DNA of 59,884 nt from a virus (taxonomy: Duplodnaviria > Caudoviricetes): the IMG/VR virus record IMGVR_UViG_3300001765_000186, positions 1-59,884 of that record. The stretch is one strand, 5' to 3'. Under the pieces are notes generated by a model. It ran no database searches. It saw only the letters and a list, made by a program, of their open reading frames with translations, and was not told the DNA's origin. Both the position numbers and the translations under genes were made by a program. Below are positions 8,323-15,678 of the stretch, one piece after another. Numbering within the stretch: the first letter of the stretch is position 1; each line of letters begins with the position of its first letter.

Positions 8323-8794
8323 AGTCCACCTAATTGGTAACGTGGGGCAAGACCCAACAATGCGCTACATGGGCGACGGCAAAGCAGTCTGCAACATATC
8401 CGTAGCCACCAGCACCCGCCGCAAGAACCGCGAAACGGGCGAAGTCACCGAGTCCACCGAATGGCACCGCGTCACCTTCTATGAACGCCTTGCAGAGATT
8501 GCCGGTGAATACGTGCGCAAGGGCAAGCCCGTGTATGTGGAAGGCCGCCTAAAGTACGGCAAGTACACCGACCAAGCAGGTGTAGAGAAAAACACGGCAG
8601 AAATCATCGCTACCGAATTGCAATTGCTGGGTGGCCGCGACGACGCACCACAGCAAGGCCAAGCGCCACAAGGCCAGCCCGCACAGCGCCAACAGCAGCC
8701 ACAACGCCAACAACGGCCAGCAGAGCCGCAACGTCAACAAGCCCCGCGCCCCGCCAGCGGGTTTGACGATATGGACGACGACATCCCGTTTTAA
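8306..8794 (+). CDS. ssb: Single-stranded DNA-binding protein
   Basis: NKVHLIGNVGQDP, TEWHRV, KGKPVYVEGRL, acidic DDDIPF tail. Confidence 0.97.
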   Translation: MASLNKVHLIGNVGQDPTMRYMGDGKAVCNISVATSTRRKNRETGEVTESTEWHRVTFYERLAEIAGEYVRKGKPVYVEGRLKYGKYTDQAGVEKNTAEIIATELQLLGGRDDAPQQGQAPQGQPAQRQQQPQRQQRPAEPQRQQAPRPASGFDDMDDDIPF

Positions 8795-8830
8795 AACCCG
8801 AACCCACAACACACCCACTCAAGGACAACC

Positions 8831-9022
8831 ATGTTTGACAATCTCACCAGCGGCTCAGTGAAGACCGCAATGAAAGATGCTGGAGCCAAGTCTGCCGATC
8901 TGTGGATGGTCCCCATTGCGGACATCCGGGAGGCCGAAGGCTTCAACGTCCGCGCCTACAACGCCCACCGCGAAGACCACAAGATTGCAAACCGCCAGGG
9001 CATCGGCGGCAAGAAGTTCTAA
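8831..9022 (+). pseudogene. Short chimeric ORF: ParB-like N-terminus fused to MazG-like C-terminal tail
   Basis: ..EAEGFNVR joined directly to AYNAHREDHK..GGKKF; family assignment from recall. Confidence 0.5.
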
Positions 9023-9069
9023 CGCCGCGATAAGCGGTGCGAAGCATCCGATTGATTGACCTGTTATAC
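9017..9069 (-). mobile_element. attC-like site 1
   Basis: TTCTAAC...GATAAGCGGTGC-GAA-GCATCCGATTGATT...GTTATAC hairpin with extra G and T in the right arm on the + strand. Confidence 0.75.
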
Positions 9070-9086
9070 GGACGAAGAAAGAACAT

Positions 9087-9635
9087 ATGCAAGCACTAAA
9101 TTTGGCGAACAACAGCACAACAAACGCACGGCGAGAACTGGATTTTTACCCAACGCCGCCCGATGTTACCCATGCACTTATGAAGTTTTTGGACTTAGCG
9201 CCATGCACTATTTGGGAGCCTGCTTGTGGGGATGGCGCAATGGCAGAGGTACTGAAAAAGTATGCCACTACTGTGCTTTGCAGTGATTTGCGCGAGACAG
9301 GTTACGGCGAGGGTGGTGTGGATTTTCTGACGGAACGGCGCGACTGTGGCGCGATCATTACAAACCCGCCATTCAATGTGAGCGAGGACTTTATTCGCCA
9401 TGCGCTACCGCAAGCTGGTGTAGTGGCGATGGTTCTTAAATCCCAATACTGGCACGCAAAGAAGCGTACCGCGCTTTTTACAGAACACCCGCCAGCATGG
9501 GTTCTACCGCTGACTTGGAGGCCGGACTTCATGGGTGGAGAGCGCGGTGGCGCACCAACGATGGAGGTTCACTGGACGGTGTGGGTGCGCGGGGACGCGG
9601 ACACCAAATACCGACTACTTAGCCGAGTCGTATAA
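9087..9635 (+). CDS. Orphan amino-(N6-adenine-type) DNA methyltransferase, cassette-borne
   Basis: DFYPTP, IWEPACGDG, IITNPPF. Confidence 0.88.
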   Translation: MQALNLANNSTTNARRELDFYPTPPDVTHALMKFLDLAPCTIWEPACGDGAMAEVLKKYATTVLCSDLRETGYGEGGVDFLTERRDCGAIITNPPFNVSEDFIRHALPQAGVVAMVLKSQYWHAKKRTALFTEHPPAWVLPLTWRPDFMGGERGGAPTMEVHWTVWVRGDADTKYRLLSRVV

Positions 9636-9684
9636 CACCGGCAATGAGGGGCGCGAAGCGTCCCACTCGATTAACCAGTTGGGC
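9630..9684 (-). mobile_element. attC-like site 2
   Basis: GTATAAC...AATGAGGGGCGC-GAA-GCGTCCCACTCGATT...GTTGGGC hairpin. Confidence 0.75.
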
Positions 9685-9703
9685 TGAGGCCCGGAGAACA
9701 ACG

Positions 9704-9934
9704 ATGGATGACAGAGTGACCTTGATCGGAGTGCGCGCAGACGGCACGGAGGAAGTTTTGGGCACTGCGCCAACGCCAGTAAGGATGAAGGCCCGCGAAC
9801 TTGCGAGAGAGCAGTTCGGGTGGTTTGAGGATGATGATGGCTCAGACGCTGAGCTGTGCTTTGGCGCAATGGATCAGCTCATCGACTGGATGCTTGCTCA
9901 AGGCTGGACACCACCGAAGCTGGTGGCAGCCTGA
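9704..9934 (+). CDS. Hypothetical 76-aa protein, cassette-borne
   Basis: GGAG RBS; bounded by GTTGGGC and GCCCAAC. Confidence 0.7.
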   Translation: MDDRVTLIGVRADGTEEVLGTAPTPVRMKARELAREQFGWFEDDDGSDAELCFGAMDQLIDWMLAQGWTPPKLVAA

Positions 9935-9935
9935 A

Positions 9936-9954
9936 GCCCAACGCAATGTAGACG
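9936..9954 (-). mobile_element. attI-like simple site or cassette insertion point
   Basis: Minus strand CGTCTAC-ATTGC-GTTGGGC; no attC-type hairpin arm. Confidence 0.45.
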
Positions 9955-10061
9955 TCAAACCCCGGTTGATACAGACTTTTATCCACCCAACAAAACCAGC
10001 CTCTAGCCCCCGTGGGGTATGAGCACATTGCTACATTAAATATAGCGACAAAGGACGCAAG

Positions 10062-10361
10062 ATGACCACAACCCTACAAACCGCAGGCGAAGCCACCGGG
10101 TATCTGAGCAAGATTGAACGTATTGTTGCCGAGCAGGCAGTGGAGATTGAGAAGCTAAAGGGCCACATCAAACACATCGGCAACGATGCACTGCGCAGTG
10201 AGGTTGAGAAGCTGCGCAAGGATGCTGAGAGGTATCGCTGGCTGCGTCGTGGCGACAACGACGAAAAGGTTTTGGTCATCGGAAAGTATCAAAGCTATCT
10301 GCCGCGCAACGAAAAGCTAGACGAACTGATCGACGCCGCAATCCAAAAGGAAACACCATGA
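10062..10361 (+). CDS. Hypothetical phage protein (DAERYRWLR motif)
   Basis: AAGGA RBS; common phage motif; ATGA overlap. Confidence 0.75.
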   Translation: MTTTLQTAGEATGYLSKIERIVAEQAVEIEKLKGHIKHIGNDALRSEVEKLRKDAERYRWLRRGDNDEKVLVIGKYQSYLPRNEKLDELIDAAIQKETP

Positions 10362-11227
10362 CCACAGACACACAAGACTTGCAGAAGCGGCTGCGCGACA
10401 TTGCAAGCAAAGGCGTATCTATGTGGGGCGACCTGCAAATGGAAGACGCTAAGGAAATCGAAATCTTGCAAGCAGAGCGCGACAACTTGGCGTCTGCAAA
10501 TGCAAGGCTTACCGCAGAACTTGGCGACTTGCCCGAGGCACAGGCAGACATGCTGCACACGATCAAAGAATTGAAGGCGCGGCTGGCGCAAGCAGGCGCA
10601 TCCCCGGCACGCAATAACCAGTTCATGACGCCCGGTTGTGGTGCTGGAGGATTGGGTGCAAAAGAAGGCGCACCCACGGTGAAGCCATTCCAGCAGCGCG
10701 TTTTGCCGTGGCTACATGCGTGCTTCGGTGATGTGATTGCTGCCGATAAGGTCGAGCGCAATCACCGGTTCCTTGAAGAGTCGCTGGAACTGGTGCAGGC
10801 ATGTGGCTGCACTCAAAGCGAAGCACATCAACTGGTTGACTACGTATTTGGTCGGCCAGTGGGCGAGATACCCCAAGAGATCGGTGGCGTGATGGTGACT
10901 CTTGCCGCCCTGTGCCTCGCGCAACAGGTCGATATGCATGCATGCGGGGAAGCCGAGTTGACACGGATTTGGACCAAGGTGGAGGCCATCCGCGCAAAAC
11001 AGGCTGCGAAACCGAAGCACTCGCCACTGCCACAGGCCGCGCAGCCAAGCCAAGCGGGGCTAAGCGACACACAGTTGCTCAACTGGATGCAATCGAAAGG
11101 TGGTCAATGGGTTTGCCGCGACTCAACAACCGGACGCGGCTGGAGGCTTTATCAATCAATGTACACCGGCTCTTTGTCGGTGCGGGAAGCAATCATCGCA
11201 GCCCTCAATGCTAAGGGAGGCGTATGA
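10358..11227 (+). CDS. Multidomain protein with MazG-like NTP-pyrophosphohydrolase domain
   Basis: RFLEESLELVQA...QEIGGVMVTLAAL acidic helical motif. Confidence 0.6.
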   Translation: MTTDTQDLQKRLRDIASKGVSMWGDLQMEDAKEIEILQAERDNLASANARLTAELGDLPEAQADMLHTIKELKARLAQAGASPARNNQFMTPGCGAGGLGAKEGAPTVKPFQQRVLPWLHACFGDVIAADKVERNHRFLEESLELVQACGCTQSEAHQLVDYVFGRPVGEIPQEIGGVMVTLAALCLAQQVDMHACGEAELTRIWTKVEAIRAKQAAKPKHSPLPQAAQPSQAGLSDTQLLNWMQSKGGQWVCRDSTTGRGWRLYQSMYTGSLSVREAIIAALNAKGGV

Positions 11228-11538
11228 CACAAAAAGAAGCCCGAAAAATCATGCTCTGGAAAGCCATCGAGCGCTACCGCAAATCAATCGGCGGCGAGAG
11301 CGAGAACCACCATACAGAATCACTGCACAACTACATAGACGACATGCTGGATGTGAGCGAGATGGACGAAGTTGCCCACCGGTTTGCCCACCCCCTAGCG
11401 CTTGAGCTTGAGTGCGTATTGGCTGACCGGAACACCAACTGGGACAGAGCCATGAACCTGATTGGCGAGTACCGCAGCGCGATGAATGCCATCCACGAAC
11501 AACACAGCCCGACACACATGGGGGAGCCAGTGCTATGA
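11224..11538 (+). CDS. Hypothetical protein
   Basis: GGAGG RBS, ATGA overlaps. Confidence 0.7.
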   Translation: MTQKEARKIMLWKAIERYRKSIGGESENHHTESLHNYIDDMLDVSEMDEVAHRFAHPLALELECVLADRNTNWDRAMNLIGEYRSAMNAIHEQHSPTHMGEPVL

Positions 11539-11813
11539 CAAAACAAGCTGATGCCAAGCGCCTATACAACGCCGTAGACCGGCTGTGCGTCATAGCAGGA
11601 ACCGACACGCAAGAAACTGTTGAGTGGATGTGTGGTCAACATGGGGGAATGTCAAAACTATTAGCAGCTTACTTTTCACCCGATGTTAAGAGCCAATCTT
11701 TCGCAGAGAAGTACCCGCGCAACCCCGATGCCAAATGCAAATGCGAGCACTGGCAGGCTTGCATTGAATGCCACCCGACCTATATTGAATCCGCGCTAAA
11801 AGGTGATGTATGA
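11535..11813 (+). CDS. Hypothetical protein with Cys-rich C-terminus
   Basis: ATGA overlaps; CKCEHWQACIEC. Confidence 0.7.
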   Translation: MTKQADAKRLYNAVDRLCVIAGTDTQETVEWMCGQHGGMSKLLAAYFSPDVKSQSFAEKYPRNPDAKCKCEHWQACIECHPTYIESALKGDV

Positions 11814-12034
11814 AACTCGTAGAAAACGTAACCGTACTGCCGGTTATCACAAGCCTAGACCTCGACGTTGAGCGCGTACTGCAAGCGGCCATTGACGCCA
11901 AGCCAAAGCGCGTATGGGTGATTGGCGAAGATGCTGATGGGGGCTTGTACTTTGCATCGACTTGCGCTGATGGTGGCGAGGCATTGTGGTGGATGGAAAA
12001 AGCCAAACGCGCATTGATGGAGATTTCGGAATGA
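11810..12034 (+). CDS. Hypothetical phage protein
   Basis: ATGA overlaps at both ends. Confidence 0.75.
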   Translation: MKLVENVTVLPVITSLDLDVERVLQAAIDAKPKRVWVIGEDADGGLYFASTCADGGEALWWMEKAKRALMEISE

Positions 12035-12594
12035 CCCACCAATGTAAATCATGCGGAGGCTTCTGCGGGAAGGCTGAACGCAAGCCAAACGGTCGGCCAC
12101 TGGTGAACAAGGCACACTACGAATCTGTGATGCACCCGGTTGCGCCGGAGCCTGATGTATCGGCCCACATTCATTCTGTGGCCAGAGAACTGACCCAAGG
12201 ACTGAAAGACTGGCAAGCAGGCCGACAGCTTGATTCCAAAGCCGCTCAGGACATGCGTACAGCATGGCTTAATTCACCAGCCTACGCCCGTCTTCGCCGT
12301 GCCAACGCTATCCGAGCCATCGACGCCCACAAGACCGTAGTGCGGCACCATGCGGCCAAACGGCGTGCATCACAACTCAAGCAATCGCCTGATTGGGCAG
12401 ACCAAGCCAAGATCAAGGCCGTTTACCAGCACGCAAAGCACTTGACTGAATCCACAGGTATTGCGCACCATGTAGACCACATTGTCCCGCTGACTGGGCG
12501 ACTTGTGCGCGGGCTGCATGTGCATAACAATTTGCAGGTTATTACTGCTTTAGAGAACATGAAGAAACATAACAAATATGAGGTTCTTCCATGA
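12031..12594 (+). CDS. HNH endonuclease
   Basis: HHVDHIVPLTGRLVRGLHVHNNLQVITALENMKKHN. Confidence 0.85.
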   Translation: MTHQCKSCGGFCGKAERKPNGRPLVNKAHYESVMHPVAPEPDVSAHIHSVARELTQGLKDWQAGRQLDSKAAQDMRTAWLNSPAYARLRRANAIRAIDAHKTVVRHHAAKRRASQLKQSPDWADQAKIKAVYQHAKHLTESTGIAHHVDHIVPLTGRLVRGLHVHNNLQVITALENMKKHNKYEVLP

Positions 12595-12824
12595 GTGAAC
12601 TAGAACTACTGCGCCGCGAAGTCGCAAATCTGGTGGCTAATCTCTCTCCTTATATCGGCCAGGAGGAAATGCAGGCACGGTATAGTGTTACCGGGCAGAC
12701 GCTGTTAGCCATGGAGCGCCGACGCGAAATACCGGCCAGGGTTTCTGGCCGCTGGGTCCGGTCCGAAGTATTAGCCTGGGAGACTGCACGGAATATGCAC
12801 GGAAATCAGTCGAGACCCGCATGA
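12591..12824 (+). CDS. Excisionase/AlpA-like protein
   Basis: Small HTH-like protein with RWVRSEVLAWE; next to the att region and integrase. Confidence 0.65.
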   Translation: MSELELLRREVANLVANLSPYIGQEEMQARYSVTGQTLLAMERRREIPARVSGRWVRSEVLAWETARNMHGNQSRPA

Positions 12825-12974
12825 ATAGGGCCTTTAGCAGGCCCATTTCGGGCCGCTGATTTCATGCTGATTTCACGCCCTATAGCTACAACGCAATAGC
12901 TTTGCCAGAAAACAAGCCCATAATCCTGTAATCCGTGAACCATCTGCACGGAATCTGCACGGAATTTACACGGG
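12785..12974. other. Putative attP with arm-type repeats
   Basis: TGCACGGAA at 12785, 12796, 12945, 12956, a variant at 12967 and an inverted variant at 12932. Confidence 0.7.
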
Positions 12975-12978
12975 TTTT

Positions 12979-13959
12979 ATGGCCTCCCCAAGCAAAACCA
13001 AGGAAGGTAGCTGGCGCATCATCGTCACCGTCAAGGGTGTACGCGATTCGGCTACCTTTGCCACCAAACGCGAGGCTCAGGAATGGGCTGGACAGCGTGA
13101 GGCTGAAATGCGTGCTATCGGGGCGGGGCGAATCTCGGAGTTCGTAACCACGCACCAAGCCATATCCCGCTACCTGGACGAGGAAACCCCGAAGCACCGG
13201 GGTTCCAGCCGGGAGCATGATCGCGTGGTTGCTCTCAAGGCGCAGTTTCCCGACATCCCTCTATCCAAGGTGACGCCCGCTCACATCATTGCGTGGCGCG
13301 ATGCACGGTTGTCGCAAGTCAAGCCAGCCACGGCACTGCGCGAACTAAAGATTGTGGACCTGATCTTCAAACGCTGCTGCTCACTGGAGTGGCGCTACCT
13401 TCGGGAAAATCCCTGCAAGGGTGTCGACCGGCCAAAGGGTTCCGCGAGTCGCACAAGGACTATCAAGGGCACCGAAGTTAGGGCCATGTTGCGCCAGCTT
13501 GGATTCCCCAAACGGGATACGCCCGTCCATGCTGTGGGCTGGTTGTTTCTGTTGGCGCTCTGCACGGGGATGCGCCAGGGCGAATTGCTGGGCATCCATT
13601 GGGGCCATGTATTCCCCAAGTACATCCACTTGCCAAAGACCAAAAACACAGAGCCGCGTGACGTACCGCTATCCCCCGCCGCCCGCAAGATACTGGAGCG
13701 GATGCGGGGCTACCACGCGGTTAGCGTGTTCAATCTGACTACCGCCAAGACCACCCAAGAGTTTGCAAAGGCACGGACCAATACCGGGTTAAGTGGGTTC
13801 ACATTCCACGATTCGCGCCACACCGCCGCCACCAGAATAGGACGATCTGGCAAGCTGACGCTTATGGAAATGTGCAAGATGTTTGGGTGGAAAGACCCGA
13901 AGATGGCGCTCGTTTACTTCAACCCGACCGGCGAAGATTTGGCCGACAAGTTGGGCTGA
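12979..13959 (+). CDS. int: Tyrosine integrase
   Basis: TGMRQGEL, KTKN, FHDSRHTA, FGW, Y in ALVYFN. Confidence 0.93.
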   Translation: MASPSKTKEGSWRIIVTVKGVRDSATFATKREAQEWAGQREAEMRAIGAGRISEFVTTHQAISRYLDEETPKHRGSSREHDRVVALKAQFPDIPLSKVTPAHIIAWRDARLSQVKPATALRELKIVDLIFKRCCSLEWRYLRENPCKGVDRPKGSASRTRTIKGTEVRAMLRQLGFPKRDTPVHAVGWLFLLALCTGMRQGELLGIHWGHVFPKYIHLPKTKNTEPRDVPLSPAARKILERMRGYHAVSVFNLTTAKTTQEFAKARTNTGLSGFTFHDSRHTAATRIGRSGKLTLMEMCKMFGWKDPKMALVYFNPTGEDLADKLG

Positions 13960-13960
13960 A

Positions 13961-14197
13961 TCACTCCACCCCCGCCGCCGCCCGACATTCGTAGTAGATC
14001 CCGGCCACTTCCGTCAGCTTGTTGAGCACGGAGCCCATGGAATCATCGACTAGGGGCGTCAGTTTTGGGCAGCTTGCCACCACCAAGGGTGAGGTCGTTG
14101 GAGGGGGTGAGGGCTTGATTGGCCAAGTGCAAGCCGCCAGGAGTGAGCTTGCAATCAGCATAGACAGTATTGGTTTTGATTTCACGCTGTACCTCAT
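13961..14197 (-). CDS. o-spanin (Rz1-like lipoprotein)
   Basis: LLAAC lipobox, Pro-rich, overlaps the i-spanin gene; exact start uncertain. Confidence 0.7.
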   Translation of the reverse strand: MRYSVKSKPILSMLIASSLLAACTWPIKPSPPPTTSPLVVASCPKLTPLVDDSMGSVLNKLTEVAGIYYECRAAAGVE

Positions 14198-14393
14198 TGG
14201 TGATGGTCGTGGACTTGACCTTGAGGCCAGCTATGGCCTTGGCTGATACATCGGTGGCCTTTTCAATGGCTTCTGTGATGTGTTTGTCTTCTCGGGCCTG
14301 GGCGGCAACCTCGTGGTCTGCCCCCAGCTTGAAACCGCCCGCACCGGCAGCGAGAACGGCGGCCAGGGCGGCAATAATCAGGTAGGGGTTCAT
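14043..14393 (-). CDS. i-spanin (Rz-like)
   Basis: N-terminal TM MNPYLIIAALAAVLAA; AAGGA RBS; downstream of lysin. Confidence 0.7.
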   Translation of the reverse strand: MNPYLIIAALAAVLAAGAGGFKLGADHEVAAQAREDKHITEAIEKATDVSAKAIAGLKVKSTTITNEVQREIKTNTVYADCKLTPGGLHLANQALTPSNDLTLGGGKLPKTDAPSR

Positions 14394-14403
14394 GGCAGTG
14401 TCC

Positions 14404-14838
14404 TTAGCCGGGTGGATTGGAGATCTCAAGCCGCACAGTGCCGCCAGCACGTAGGTGCGGGACGACCAGCGCACGGACCTTGCCCAATGCGACTTGGCTA
14501 CCCGCCACGGTGTTGACGCTGTTTCGCGTACCTGGGAGGGGGCAACCCTCGGTATCTTCTGCCTTGTTGCCGCCGTGGATACGGATGCCGACAAAGCCGT
14601 CCACGTTGTCAACGGTCAAAGTCTCAGGTCCAAAACGGGGGCTGTTTTGCAGGGACAGTGTGTAGGAGCCCGCTGGAATGGCCGTCTTGCCCTTGACCTT
14701 CCATTCAGCTACCGGGCGGCCAGCAACTTCGCGGATTTCGTCTTCCAGCACATCGCAAATGAATTTAGGGCCAAGGTACAGCTTGGAGAGCGTTGCGCCC
14801 CCTTGGCTGGGCTCCCGCACCATGGACAGGATCATCAC
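14404..14838 (-). CDS. Putative endolysin (DUF5675-like)
   Basis: TAIPAGSY, SPRFG, GIRIHGGN..DTEGC; lysis-cassette position. Confidence 0.7.
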   Translation of the reverse strand: MMILSMVREPSQGGATLSKLYLGPKFICDVLEDEIREVAGRPVAEWKVKGKTAIPAGSYTLSLQNSPRFGPETLTVDNVDGFVGIRIHGGNKAEDTEGCPLPGTRNSVNTVAGSQVALGKVRALVVPHLRAGGTVRLEISNPPG

Positions 14839-15134
14839 GATTCACTCCGATGGTCCCGGTGCAGTCGTCGGGTAAAGCGCCTGGGCACGCCGTTGCGCCA
14901 GTTCCTTGCTGTGAGTGCCTGCACGCAAACTGCGATGGCTGCAAGCGCGATAGCCTCCCAAGTGGGCATGTATCCATACAGCGGGAAAGCCATGCCAGCA
15001 ATCGCCGCCAGACCCAGAAGCCGTAGCGCCATCTTCACGTCGAACCGGGTATTGATGTCCACCAGCGTCGATCTGCAAAACACCGACCAGACCAAGGCCA
15101 AGCAAAGGATTTCCCAAAGAAGCAGCTTGTTCAT
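14835..15134 (-). CDS. Holin-like membrane protein
   Basis: Three hydrophobic segments, basic C-terminus. Confidence 0.6.
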   Translation of the reverse strand: MNKLLLWEILCLALVWSVFCRSTLVDINTRFDVKMALRLLGLAAIAGMAFPLYGYMPTWEAIALAAIAVCVQALTARNWRNGVPRRFTRRLHRDHRSES

Positions 15135-15514
15135 TTGGGGCCTCCTGATATGGAAATGAGGGCGATCAACCGCTGCTTGATGGATTCAAAGACTTCGTGC
15201 CATTTATTGCCGAATGCCCCAATGACAAAGGCCACTGCAACGTAAACTTCTTTTACGTCAGTGACCTTGAGCCAGGGGGCGACAATGGCCGCCAAGATTG
15301 CAGTAAGCGCCAGGGCAGTGAGGATGCATCGCAGCATCATCCCGGCCCCCTGCCTGCGGGTCATCTTCTTGACACCGGCCAGCGCCCATAGGCTCCCGCC
15401 GACAGACCCCAGCAGAATGACAACATAGGGGCCAGCCGCTGGGCCGAACATTGCAACGGCAAGCGTCACAAGCGACACGCCTGCGGTTGCGGTGGATTGG
15501 ATAGGCTCAGTCAT
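15131..15514 (-). CDS. Holin/antiholin-like membrane protein
   Basis: Several TM segments; first gene after a late-promoter motif. Confidence 0.6.
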   Translation of the reverse strand: MTEPIQSTATAGVSLVTLAVAMFGPAAGPYVVILLGSVGGSLWALAGVKKMTRRQGAGMMLRCILTALALTAILAAIVAPWLKVTDVKEVYVAVAFVIGAFGNKWHEVFESIKQRLIALISISGGPK

Positions 15515-15548
15515 GCGCCCGATTGTCCCAACGGACAACCAGAACGCG

Positions 15549-15564
15549 AAACCCTAGTGGGGGG
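15549..15564 (-). promoter_or_regulatory. Late-promoter-like motif copy (lysis genes)
   Basis: CCCCCCACTAGGGTTT-N21-GACAAT. Confidence 0.7.
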
Positions 15565-15678
15565 TCAATCCCGCGTGAAGACCCACACCAAGCCAATCAA
15601 AATAATTATTCCGATTGGCCCGGTTGCTAACCCTGCACCCAGTAGCCCGATTGCAACGCTGACGTTGCCAAGGTTCAC
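15565..15678 (-). CDS. 37-aa hydrophobic peptide
   Basis: GTG start overlaps the TGA of the giant gene; TM-like GIIILIGLVWVF. Confidence 0.45.
   Translation of the reverse strand: MNLGNVSVAIGLLGAGLATGPIGIIILIGLVWVFTRD

Noticed and set aside
12785-12974. CRISPR-like reading of the short repeats
   Set aside because: 9-bp units at 11-bp spacing fit integrase arm sites; no spacers or cas genes
12979-13959. Phage integrase as the enzyme for the attC array
   Set aside because: It looks like an ordinary arm-binding phage integrase with its own attP; I see no IntI-specific insertion
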